This document shows positions 17,941 through 26,389 of a stretch of DNA of 30,054 nucleotides, in pieces (position 1 is the stretch's first letter; each line of letters opens with the position of its first letter). The stretch covers positions 1-30,054 of the forward strand of contig JBMSQQ010000042.1 of the NCBI GenBank assembly GCA_049423385.1, read 5' to 3'. The DNA comes from Silvanigrellaceae bacterium. Its GTDB lineage: Bacteria; Bdellovibrionota_B; Oligoflexia; Silvanigrellales; Silvanigrellaceae. A model generated the notes under the pieces. It saw nothing but the letters and a program-made list of their open reading frames with translations, was not told where the DNA came from and did no database searches. Position numbers and translations under genes: made by a program.

Positions 17941-18903
17941 TCAGTATCCAAGATTTCTGAGCTTCTCCAACACTTCCGAGAGTTCGGGGGTCAGTTCATC
18001 CTCGCTTGGAGTCAGGACGTTGATACGGGCATAGAGATCTCCGCGCTGCCCATCTGCGTTCTTGATGAAACCAAGGCCCTTCAATCTGATCTTGATTCCG
18101 GATTTGATTCCAGCCTTGAGGGTTGTTTTTTTGCTGCCTTGGGGCGTGGGAACAGTGACTTGTCCTCCCAATGCCAGCGTGGAGTAGGGGACAGAAACAT
18201 CACATTCCACATCCCATCCGTTGCGATGAAAGTCAGGATGCTCACTCAATTTGACTTTAAGATAGAGATCGGCGCGTTGACCGTTGGGTTTGGTCATGCC
18301 TTGCCCCTTCAGGCGAAGGAGCTTGCCATCTTCAACGCCGGCCGGGATTTTGATCCGTGCATTGACACGCTCACCTGTTTTGAGATGGAGGACAACCTGG
18401 CGTTCACCGCCATTGTAGACATCCATGAAGCCAACCGTCATTTCCTGTTCGACGTCGTAGGTACCCGGCTCATCAAATGATGTGTCAAAGCCAGGTGGAC
18501 TTTTGAATCCTCCTCCTGTCCTGAATCCGCCACCACCACCCCTGAATCCTGCACCACGCCCACGGGCTCCCGTGGCGCCCATGCCGGCGAACATGGTTTC
18601 AAAATCGACGTTTCCAAAGCCCATTTCCCTGAAGATGCTGCTGAAATCAGCGCCCCTGAAAACGTCTTCGCGAAAGCCACCGCCCTGCTGGAATGCCGAG
18701 TCACCAAACATGTCATATTGTCTGCGTTTTTCGGTGTCCGAAAGAACCGCATAAGCTTCAGAAATCTGCTTGAATTTGTCTTCCGCCTGTTTGTTTCCGG
18801 GATTTCGGTCGGGATGGTACTGCATGGCGAGCTTGCGGTAGGACTTTTTGATTTCCTCCTCGCTCGCTGTTTTAGAAATTCCAAGCAATTCGTAGTAGTT
18901 CAT
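17941..18903 (-). CDS. Class II DnaJ chaperone (CbpA-like, no zinc finger)
   Basis: J-domain with YHPDRNP, G/F-rich linker, DnaJ C-terminal domain (IPAGVEDG...RGDLY); no CxxCxGxG repeats. Confidence 0.93.
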   Translation of the reverse strand: MNYYELLGISKTASEEEIKKSYRKLAMQYHPDRNPGNKQAEDKFKQISEAYAVLSDTEKRRQYDMFGDSAFQQGGGFREDVFRGADFSSIFREMGFGNVDFETMFAGMGATGARGRGAGFRGGGGGFRTGGGFKSPPGFDTSFDEPGTYDVEQEMTVGFMDVYNGGERQVVLHLKTGERVNARIKIPAGVEDGKLLRLKGQGMTKPNGQRADLYLKVKLSEHPDFHRNGWDVECDVSVPYSTLALGGQVTVPTPQGSKKTTLKAGIKSGIKIRLKGLGFIKNADGQRGDLYARINVLTPSEDELTPELSEVLEKLRNLGY

Positions 18904-18931
18904 CCCGTCACCTCAATGCCAACGGCCTCTC

Positions 18932-18965
18932 CCGGTCAATTTAACCGGCTTTACCGACTTGGCAA
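18932..18965 (-). promoter_or_regulatory. Candidate sigma-70 promoter for the DnaJ gene with an inverted repeat over the -10
   Basis: TTGCCA-N16-TAAATT on the minus strand; CCGGTCAA-T-TTAACCGG at 18932-18948. Confidence 0.4.
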
Positions 18966-19000
18966 TTGTTTGGAGGGATAAAGACGAGGGTGGCTGGACT

Positions 19001-19354
19001 TCAGGGCTTGCGGATCAGTTGCTCGACATACGCAAATTCATGTTCCGGGACATTTTCAAGCAGTTCGTCGTCTTCAAAACCGAAGAACTCAAACCAATTA
19101 AGCCCCACGAGTTCCGGTACTTCTGATGTGCGCTCTTCACCCTCTTCTGTTTCATAATATTCCAGCGCCTTGAGGATGACTCCATCCCCACGCATTTCAA
19201 AATAGTGATACCCGTCGCCGTTTGCGTACTGGCCATCACGCGAATCTCCAGTCCAGTATTCACGGCAATGCCAAATTTCATCGGGCCGCCTGCGTGGACG
19301 CGCGGTGGTGGCATGAGAGTGTTCGTGAGTCAGAGGTTGAGCGCTTTTTGTCAT
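19001..19354 (-). CDS. Hypothetical acidic/aromatic-rich protein
   Basis: Fills the gap co-directionally with protein-like composition; AAGGA before ATG 19354 (alternative starts up to 19399). Confidence 0.7.
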   Translation of the reverse strand: MTKSAQPLTHEHSHATTARPRRRPDEIWHCREYWTGDSRDGQYANGDGYHYFEMRGDGVILKALEYYETEEGEERTSEVPELVGLNWFEFFGFEDDELLENVPEHEFAYVEQLIRKP

Positions 19355-19391
19355 TGGATAGGTCCTTTTGAACATGACTTTCAGTTTCCTC

Positions 19392-19865
19392 TCATTCAAA
19401 TTTTCCGGACAAAACTTCTTCTATTGTTACGGTTGGCTTTGGCAATGCCTTGAGTTGGCCTTCAAGGTTGAAGAGTTGCATAACCAGTTCAGACAAAGCT
19501 TTTTCCCGAACGGGCGAGGTCACCCTGTGGGCGTATGTTTGTTGGCTGAGGAGTGTTTGGCCGCGTTTGCGCACATCAGCCAGGATCGGCAAAAACGAAC
19601 GGGCATGGCGGTGGCAAAGCGGCGGTTGAAGTGCTGCTTCAACATCGCTCACAACGACGCGGGCGATGTTTTCAAAGCGATTCAAGCGACCGGTTCTTCC
19701 TGCCCGGGTAAAGACGCCCATGGAGCGTTTGAAGCTCCGGCGAGACTTCAACCCCTTGTCCTTCAGGGCTGCCCGATAGGTCAACGTGGTGTAGAGTGTG
19801 GCACAGCATGCCAGGGCACCGGCAATGGCCATCCAGGCGCTGCCTGATGTTGGAAAAAACCCCAT
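19392..19865 (-). CDS. Hypothetical protein with N-terminal membrane anchor and basic cytoplasmic part
   Basis: AGGAGG RBS before ATG 19865; hydrophobic AWMAIAGALACCATLYTTLTY segment. Confidence 0.65.
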   Translation of the reverse strand: MGFFPTSGSAWMAIAGALACCATLYTTLTYRAALKDKGLKSRRSFKRSMGVFTRAGRTGRLNRFENIARVVVSDVEAALQPPLCHRHARSFLPILADVRKRGQTLLSQQTYAHRVTSPVREKALSELVMQLFNLEGQLKALPKPTVTIEEVLSGKFE

Positions 19866-19962
19866 TCGCAAGACCTCCTGTCTGCGAAAGAAGTTTCGGA
19901 AGTGGTGGTCGAAACCTGAGTCGAGGTCAGTCGGAATTCCAACGCCCCGGTTCACGCCGCGA

Positions 19963-21723
19963 TCAAGTGATTTTGTTCAATTCAAAGGGATAGCTTTCAG
20001 CCTCACAGAGGAATTCGGCAATCGACTTGACCTCGGCATCGCGGTTGGCCTTGATATTGTAAACATTCTGATTGATGCGAGCTTTTGCATTTCTGACAAT
20101 CAATTGGGCCAAAGAGAGCTCAGTGCTGTTTTTTTCCGGACCGCCGCTTTTTTCGAGAACCGAATTCACGCGACAGACCACGGCTGCGATCATGAAAGTG
20201 TCGATGGCGATATCGGCAAGGCGACAGAGTTGGATTTGCTCATCGACCAGCTTTTGTCCGTATTGGCGGATCAACTTGCTGGCTGAGTTGGTCAGTGATT
20301 TTGCGGCGTCGGCAAGACGTGTGACTTCCTTCTCGAGTGCTGGATGAAAGCCTTCGAGTTTTTCGCTGACAACTGATTGCTTCACCTGATGGAGTGCGAA
20401 TTCAGATATGAAGCCAATCTTGCCAATGGCGTCATTCAGCGACTCGAGATTACGGATGTTTTGCAGACTTTGAAGTTCCTTGCCAACGCGTTTGAATTCG
20501 CTCGCGGGTTCCTTGAGGCCTGTCATGGCAAGGAACAATCTCAATATTTCATTCGTACCTTCAAATATGATGCCGATTCGACTGTCGCGCAGACGTCGCT
20601 CAAGTCCATAGTCCTTCATGTAGCCATTTCCGCCGTGAATCTGCATTCCCAAATTCAAGACGCGCCAGGCTGATTCAGTGCCATAGACTTTGCAAATGGC
20701 GGCTTCGATTGAGTAGTCAATGTCACCGGCGTCAACGAGTGCAGTTGTGAAGTATGTCATCGATTCAACTGCATATGCATGACACATCATCTCGGTCAGC
20801 ATGTCTTGAATGACACCGAACTCGGCGATGGCATGCTGGAATGCGCGGCGGTTCTTGGCATAAGTCACTGATTGGTTCAGCACTGCCTTGATTGTACCGA
20901 GCGCCCCACCTGAAAGGCCGAGACGGCCTTGATTGAGAATTCCCATGGCGATCTTGAAACCATCTCCAGGCTTGCCAAGGACATTCTCTGCAGGCACGCG
21001 CACATCTTTGAAATATACTTCAACGGTGCTCGATGCCTTGATTCCCAACTTTTGTTCCTCGGGACCATGGCTGACACCACCCATGTCACGCGTGACCATG
21101 ATCGCAGTGATCTTGTCCTCGCCGTCAACATTTTCTTTGGCAAACACCGTGAAAAAGTCTGCGAATCCGCCGTTTGTGATCCAAAGCTTCGAACCATTCA
21201 ATATGTAGTGGTCACCATCCCTGACCAAGCGAGCCTTGATCCCTGCAGCATCAGATCCTGCCGTTGGCTCGGTGAGTGCAAATGCTGCGATCATTTCTCC
21301 CGTCGCGAGCCGTGGCATGAATTTCTTTTTCTGCGCGTCGGTGCCGTAAAGATAAAGGCCTTTCAAGCCAATCGATTGGTGCGCACCAACTGTCAGGGTC
21401 ACGCAACTTTCGTGTTTGTTCATCAACTCGAGTGTGCGGGTGTAAAGCGTTTGGGTGAACTCTGAGCCGCCATAAATTTCAGGAATAATAAGGCCAAAAA
21501 GCCCCATTTCCTTAAGTCCCTGAAGCACTTCGGCGGGAAGTTTCTTTTCGTCATCAAGTTTCATGGGGTCAACATTTTCCTTGAGCCAGTCGCCAATGGA
21601 TTGTGAGACCAACCTGAATTCTTCTTCACGGCTCGTGTTGAAAAACGGAAAGTGATGAAGATGTGATTCTTGTATTGTTCCGTTGAACACGTTCTTCATG
21701 AAGCTAGATTTGGTAGCACCCAT
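19963..21723 (-). CDS. Acyl-CoA dehydrogenase, VLCAD/ACAD9-like with C-terminal extension
   Basis: GAHQSIG, AFALTEPTAGSDA, LNGSKLWITNGG, QIHGGNGY, IFEGTNEILRLF; 586 aa; GGAGG RBS. Confidence 0.95.
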   Translation of the reverse strand: MGATKSSFMKNVFNGTIQESHLHHFPFFNTSREEEFRLVSQSIGDWLKENVDPMKLDDEKKLPAEVLQGLKEMGLFGLIIPEIYGGSEFTQTLYTRTLELMNKHESCVTLTVGAHQSIGLKGLYLYGTDAQKKKFMPRLATGEMIAAFALTEPTAGSDAAGIKARLVRDGDHYILNGSKLWITNGGFADFFTVFAKENVDGEDKITAIMVTRDMGGVSHGPEEQKLGIKASSTVEVYFKDVRVPAENVLGKPGDGFKIAMGILNQGRLGLSGGALGTIKAVLNQSVTYAKNRRAFQHAIAEFGVIQDMLTEMMCHAYAVESMTYFTTALVDAGDIDYSIEAAICKVYGTESAWRVLNLGMQIHGGNGYMKDYGLERRLRDSRIGIIFEGTNEILRLFLAMTGLKEPASEFKRVGKELQSLQNIRNLESLNDAIGKIGFISEFALHQVKQSVVSEKLEGFHPALEKEVTRLADAAKSLTNSASKLIRQYGQKLVDEQIQLCRLADIAIDTFMIAAVVCRVNSVLEKSGGPEKNSTELSLAQLIVRNAKARINQNVYNIKANRDAEVKSIAEFLCEAESYPFELNKIT

Positions 21724-21817
21724 AGGTGTGATGTCCTCCCTTGCAAGACGAATTCTGGTGCTCAGATTCTACCACTGGGGTCCATGAGCTGAGCAAATCA
21801 TACTGGTGGATGCGTGG

Positions 21818-21835
21818 CGCTATTGACGTGCCAAA
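21818..21835 (-). promoter_or_regulatory. Candidate sigma-54 (-24/-12) promoter for the VLCAD-like gene
   Basis: Minus strand reads TTTGGCACGTCAATAGCG: GG-N10-GC spacing, one mismatch to TGGCACG-N4-TTGC. Confidence 0.55.
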
Positions 21836-21906
21836 CCTTTGGGGATGGTGCGAGGCAGACTTTTTGGACGGGTGTTAGAATGTTCAGGTAACAACGGAGG
21901 GTTGCC

Positions 21907-23049
21907 ATGACCATGTTCAAACTCAGTGATGAATTTCAAGCTCTTTCTGAGCTTGCTCGGGACTTTGCAAACAAGGAAGTCTGGCCAAAGGCGCGAGAGC
22001 TGGATGAAACCGCCCGCTTCCCTACAGATCTGCTGACCAAGGCGCATTCGCTGGGTCTCCTGAATGCTTTTGTACCCGAGTCTGTCGGCGGATTGGGGTT
22101 GGGAGTGTTTGGACATTCGCTGATTGGTGAAGCTCTGGCCACCGGCAGCGCAGGTTTCTGCACTGCAGCTCTTGCAAACGAGTTGGCGGGCGTTCCTGTT
22201 ATTTTGGGTGGCAACGAGTCTATTTGGAAGGAATTTCTTGCACCCATGGTCGAAGAGCCTCAAATGGCTGCATATTGCGTGACTGAACCAGGCGCCGGTT
22301 CGGACGTTGCGGGAATCAAAACCACAGCGAAAAAGGTTGGCGACAAATACGTCATCAACGGTTCGAAAATGTGGATCACCAATGCAGGTCATGCAAAATG
22401 GTTTTTCGTCCTTGCCAAAACGGACCCCGCCGCAGGTCACAAGGGCATGACGGGTTTTGTTGTTCCCGCCAACACACCTGGCGTGATTGTTGGTAAGAAA
22501 GAAGACAACATGGGTCAGCGTTGCTCGGACACACGTGGAGTGACGTTTGAGAATGCCGAGATTCCCTCCAAATATGTTCTTGGAAAAGAGGGGGATGGTT
22601 TCCGACTTGCAATGGGAGCCTTCGACAGAACCCGTCCCGTTGTGGCCAGCGGCGCAGTCGGACTGGCTGAACGTGCCATGCGTTGTGCAATTGATTATGC
22701 AAAACAGCGATCCACATTTGGCAAGCCAATTGCAGAGCATCAGGCTGTTCAGTTCATGATCGCGGAAATGGCCAGGGATATTGAAGCAAGCAGGTTACTT
22801 GTCTGGAAGGCGGCCAATGAAGTCGACTCCGGTCAGCGCAATACCTACACAGCATCGATTGCAAAACTTCTTGCCGCAGATTCCTGCATGCGCATCACGA
22901 CCGATGCCGTTCAGATCTTCGGAGGCTATGGCTACAATCGCGAATATCCAGTGGAAATGTTGATGCGTGACGCCAAGATTTTCCAGATTTATGAGGGCAC
23001 CTCACAAATTCAGAGAATGATCGTGGCTCGCCATTTGCTCGACCACTAA
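21907..23049 (+). CDS. Acyl-CoA dehydrogenase, medium-chain (MCAD-like)
   Basis: [67 protein letters not shown] extended -10 at 21873-21881. Confidence 0.95.
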   Translation: MTMFKLSDEFQALSELARDFANKEVWPKARELDETARFPTDLLTKAHSLGLLNAFVPESVGGLGLGVFGHSLIGEALATGSAGFCTAALANELAGVPVILGGNESIWKEFLAPMVEEPQMAAYCVTEPGAGSDVAGIKTTAKKVGDKYVINGSKMWITNAGHAKWFFVLAKTDPAAGHKGMTGFVVPANTPGVIVGKKEDNMGQRCSDTRGVTFENAEIPSKYVLGKEGDGFRLAMGAFDRTRPVVASGAVGLAERAMRCAIDYAKQRSTFGKPIAEHQAVQFMIAEMARDIEASRLLVWKAANEVDSGQRNTYTASIAKLLAADSCMRITTDAVQIFGGYGYNREYPVEMLMRDAKIFQIYEGTSQIQRMIVARHLLDH

Positions 23050-23108
23050 TCCTGGGGTAAGTGGCCCATCTTTCTTTGAAGGAATCCCTTCGGACCTTGG
23101 GGTGTTTC

Positions 23109-23576
23109 ATGACCGTGCGCCAAAAGCCAATCAAGCTGGGCTTGGTTGTTTGTCGATTCAATGAGCTGGTGACTCGTCGCCTGGCTGAGGGAGCTGTTGC
23201 TCTACTCAAGAGGCGCGGCATTAAAGCTGAGCAAATTGTGGAAGTTGAGGTACCCGGTGCTTTTGAGTCACCCTTGGCTGCGCAGTGGCTTTTCGAGACT
23301 CATGGGGTTGATGGGGTGATTGTCTTGGGGGCTGTGATACGCGGTTCCACAAGTCACTACGACTATGTTTGCTCCACGTGCTCGAGCGGGCTGATGAGTC
23401 TGCAGATGGCTCGGTCGGCTCCTGTGGGCTTCGGTATTTTGACGTGCGACAGTCTCGAGCAGGCGCTCGACAGGGCGGGTGGAAAGACTGGAAATAAAGG
23501 CGCGGAAACGGCGGAAACGGTTCTGGAAATGATTGAAACGAAAGCCAATTTGGCTCGGCTCGGAGGCGGTGAATGA
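23109..23576 (+). CDS. ribH: 6,7-dimethyl-8-ribityllumazine synthase
   Basis: RFNELVT, VPGAFE, LGAVIRGSTSHYDYV, FGILT, QALDRAGGK.GNKG; upstream of nusB as usual. Confidence 0.97.
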   Translation: MTVRQKPIKLGLVVCRFNELVTRRLAEGAVALLKRRGIKAEQIVEVEVPGAFESPLAAQWLFETHGVDGVIVLGAVIRGSTSHYDYVCSTCSSGLMSLQMARSAPVGFGILTCDSLEQALDRAGGKTGNKGAETAETVLEMIETKANLARLGGGE

Positions 23577-24043
23577 GCTCGGAATGGACCCGCGCGGGCA
23601 TGGCCTTGAAGCCGGCACAACTCCGGGACGCACGTCGGTTTGCAGTGCAGCTCGTTTACCAGATGGAAGCCTCGCAACAGACTTTTCTTACGGATTCAAT
23701 ATTACAGGCTTTTTTTGGGCAAAATGAGGTTGATTCTGATCTCCGGCCCATCATCCAGATTGCTGTCCAGGCGCTCATAGACAAGCGAGACGATGTTGAT
23801 GCCCAAATCGAGGCATGCTCTTCAAATTGGAAATTGTCGAGAATCGCGAAAGTCGATCTCGCGATTCTCAGAATTTGCACCGCTGAATTGATGACACGAT
23901 CCGAAGTTCCCAAAGATGTTATCATTTCAGAGGGCGTCGAGCTGGGAAAACAGTTTGGTTCAACGGCCTCCGGAGGATTCATCAACGGCGTTCTGGACAG
24001 TGTTGCAAAGTCCCAGAAAGTGGTTGGCAAATCCAAAACGTGA
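23573..24043 (+). CDS. nusB: Transcription antitermination factor NusB
   Basis: ARRFAVQLVYQ, NWKLSRIAKVDLAILR, VIISEGVELGKQFG, FINGVLD; ATGA overlap with ribH. Confidence 0.95.
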   Translation: MSSEWTRAGMALKPAQLRDARRFAVQLVYQMEASQQTFLTDSILQAFFGQNEVDSDLRPIIQIAVQALIDKRDDVDAQIEACSSNWKLSRIAKVDLAILRICTAELMTRSEVPKDVIISEGVELGKQFGSTASGGFINGVLDSVAKSQKVVGKSKT

Positions 24044-24074
24044 ATGGCTTGGGCACCCATGGAAGGATGCACTG

Positions 24075-24869
24075 GTGCAGAGGGAACTTTATCTCTTCAA
24101 AACTGAAAATCGCTTGAACATGTTCTTGAACGAGCTGTCCCGCGACGGCGAGCTTCCGGATTCCGTTCTCGGGCTTGGCTTTTTTGCGGCACAATCGCAG
24201 GGTGGAAATCGGCCTGGAGCGGGAGTTGATTTCGCTGTATCGCCCGTCTTTCTCAAGGATACATTGCTGAGGGCAGTCTCGCGTGAAGCCTTGTTGCCTT
24301 TCAGCTCGGACCCGATTTTTTTGGGCGCCTCCGAGTTCTCCCCGACAGGCGGTCGAATGAGGCAGATCCTCCGACGACGCTCGGAAACGGTGGATGTTCG
24401 TTCGATTCGGCGATGGATCTTGTCAGGAGTTCATCCTTACTTCGGAACGCCCGACACAGGGTCTGGCTCAAACCTCTGGTGCACCCGCGAAATAGCTGAA
24501 ACTCAAGGGGTTTCCGACACTATTGGTGTTCTGTTGCGGGAAATGTTTCGGCGGGTGTTGAATTTGAGGGCTTCGACCGTCGTGCTGGCCCCCGACACCG
24601 AAATGCTGGAAGGATTTTTTTCTGCCTTGGCCCGCTGGCGGCTTTCCCAAGGCAATTTCATCCGTTTGCGAGACTATCTTCGTTTGCGGCCAGCGGATCG
24701 CATGGAGCTTATTTTACGCGAGATTTTGGTGTGGTTGGTTGAAGAAAGCTTGAATGATCGGGTGACAGTCCTTTGCCGGACTTCACTGGAACACGACCAG
24801 CTCGTTTTGGCGTCTCGCTATATTCTCAGAAATACTGCGATTTCTCAGCCCATCCAATTCCGACTTTAG
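24075..24869 (+). CDS. Hypothetical protein, possible degenerate macrodomain fold
   Basis: Long ORF filling the gap after nusB; GTG 24075 follows GGAAGGA. GAGVDFAV and later segments follow macrodomain order (see findings). Confidence 0.6.
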   Translation: MQRELYLFKTENRLNMFLNELSRDGELPDSVLGLGFFAAQSQGGNRPGAGVDFAVSPVFLKDTLLRAVSREALLPFSSDPIFLGASEFSPTGGRMRQILRRRSETVDVRSIRRWILSGVHPYFGTPDTGSGSNLWCTREIAETQGVSDTIGVLLREMFRRVLNLRASTVVLAPDTEMLEGFFSALARWRLSQGNFIRLRDYLRLRPADRMELILREILVWLVEESLNDRVTVLCRTSLEHDQLVLASRYILRNTAISQPIQFRL

Positions 24870-24884
24870 AATTTGCAAATTTGT

Positions 24885-24974
24885 TCAAGCTGTCAGAAAC
24901 CCTGCCGAAGATGCAATTGGAGGTGGGAGGCGCTCTTCGATTTGCAGTAAAGTCTGCTGACAATCTGCCGAAGG
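24885..24974 (+). promoter_or_regulatory. Two tandem sigma-28 (FliA)-like promoters
   Basis: TCAA-N15-GCCGAAGA (24885-24911) and TAAA-N15-GCCGAAGG (24948-24974). Confidence 0.6.
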
Positions 24975-25010
24975 TCATGCGCTACATCTGAAAGCGAAAG
25001 GAGGTGAGCT

Positions 25011-25502
25011 GTGCGAGGCATACAAATTATCTACGTGTCGCCCTCGGGTGCCACCCAAGAGGGTGATGACTTGGTCAAGGATCTTGAGACTTGGTTTGAG
25101 GACCACAGTCAAATGTGCCGACTGATGACTTCAACGAATCCATCGGATCAGCGCGAAGTCGCATCATCGTTCGACAAACTGCGAGCTTCTGTTGACTCGG
25201 GTCAAAGAATATTGGGGCGTTTGAAGAACTCATTTGCATCCCGCGAAGAAAACCGACCATCCCTGTCCCAGGGAAACAGTCGAATACCCCTGTCTGGCAT
25301 GAATCGATTTGATGATTCGCAAAGGGTATCGACACAGGTGGCTCCTTCGATTCCCAGGAGCGGAAAAACAGGCGCGCCTGTCTCAAATATAACGACAAAT
25401 GTTGCAGGAAATTTTGTTGCACTGACCACTTCGGCAACCTCAGAGGCGCCACGAATCATGCCAAGTCGGACTTATTTGAAAAAGTCGGGCACGGGATCAT
25501 AA
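25011..25502 (+). CDS. Hypothetical protein (folded N-terminal half, low-complexity C-terminal half)
   Basis: Strong AAGGAGGTG RBS before the GTG; followed by a terminator. Confidence 0.7.
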   Translation: MRGIQIIYVSPSGATQEGDDLVKDLETWFEDHSQMCRLMTSTNPSDQREVASSFDKLRASVDSGQRILGRLKNSFASREENRPSLSQGNSRIPLSGMNRFDDSQRVSTQVAPSIPRSGKTGAPVSNITTNVAGNFVALTTSATSEAPRIMPSRTYLKKSGTGS

Positions 25503-25554
25503 CGGTTGAAAAAAATCAGCCCTTACTCTTCGCGGGTTGATAAGGTTTGAAAGC

Positions 25555-25591
25555 AACCCCAGAAACGAATGAGTCGCTTCTGGGGTTTTTT
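25555..25591 (+). terminator. Intrinsic terminator
   Basis: AACCCCAGAA ... TTCTGGGGTT stem followed by a T-run ending at 25591. Confidence 0.7.
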
Positions 25592-25592
25592 C

Positions 25593-26336
25593 ATGCTGAA
25601 GAATTGCATCATCGGTCTTGTTTCAGTCGCACTTCTGGTGATGTCAGTCATCAAATTCTCAACTCGTCCCGCAGAATCCGCCTCACAAAATCGCGCCCCG
25701 ACCAGAACTTTTGTTCTGTTCAACAAGTCGATTGTCACGAGTCATCGTTCCCAGCTGGGCCATGATGCAAAACTGGCAGACATCTTTCTTCTCAGACAAA
25801 AAATCCAGAATGGAGAAAAATGCAGTTTTGGTCTCTTTCGGCTCATCAAAATAAGCAATGAAAAAGCAACACTCAAAGCGGTCGGCACGAGAATGACCTC
25901 AAGATTTGCAGTGTGGGCTGAATCCCAGGGCAAAGCTGTGGAGTGGGAGTGGCAAAGTCATCCTGGAAAATCCACTTTCGCATCCCCGGGGCAGCAATGT
26001 TGGTCATGGAGAAAAGAAAGCGGGGCTGAAAAGCCGCAGCAGGTTGTTGTTTCGGGCAACCGGTTTTTCATTCGTGGTTCTCGTTACGCAGAAATTGTGC
26101 AGACCGGAAACAAAAAATTCAGAATCGAATCCGATCCGATGCGGGAGGGCTGGTGGGTCACCTCTTCCGCATCAAATGCCGAAGGACTGTTGATTCTTCG
26201 CAGCGCAATGACCGGGTTGTTGGAGTCCATTCCAATCAAATTCAATGGAAAAAAAACAAAAACAAAAATCCGGCGGTCAAACGTCAAGCAGTCTCGAGAA
26301 ATTCGGAAATCATTCGCTTTGCCAGGCTGGGAATAA
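25593..26336 (+). CDS. Hypothetical exported or membrane-anchored basic protein
   Basis: Only long ORF in the interval; MLKNCIIGLVSVALLVMSVI signal/anchor. No clear RBS; start could be 25569. Confidence 0.55.
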   Translation: MLKNCIIGLVSVALLVMSVIKFSTRPAESASQNRAPTRTFVLFNKSIVTSHRSQLGHDAKLADIFLLRQKIQNGEKCSFGLFRLIKISNEKATLKAVGTRMTSRFAVWAESQGKAVEWEWQSHPGKSTFASPGQQCWSWRKESGAEKPQQVVVSGNRFFIRGSRYAEIVQTGNKKFRIESDPMREGWWVTSSASNAEGLLILRSAMTGLLESIPIKFNGKKTKTKIRRSNVKQSREIRKSFALPGWE

Positions 26337-26346
26337 GCGGTAGACT
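26319..26346 (+). promoter_or_regulatory. Candidate sigma-70 promoter for the crotonase/ferredoxin unit
   Basis: TTGCCA-N16-TAGACT. Confidence 0.5.
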
Positions 26347-26357
26347 CCGGTCTGGTC

Positions 26358-26373
26358 GAATGAATGAATGAAT
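26358..26373 (+). repeat. (GAAT)4 microsatellite in a putative 5' leader
   Basis: GAATGAATGAATGAAT read directly. Confidence 0.8.
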
Positions 26374-26389
26374 GGTTGGAGTCATGACA

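Noticed and set aside
18490..18580. Repeated CCTGAATCC / CCACCACC units
   Set aside because: They encode the ordinary G/F-rich DnaJ linker.
21823..21851. TTGACG as a sigma-70 -35 on the plus strand
   Set aside because: No plausible -10 at 16-18 bp; the site is better explained as the minus-strand sigma-54 motif.
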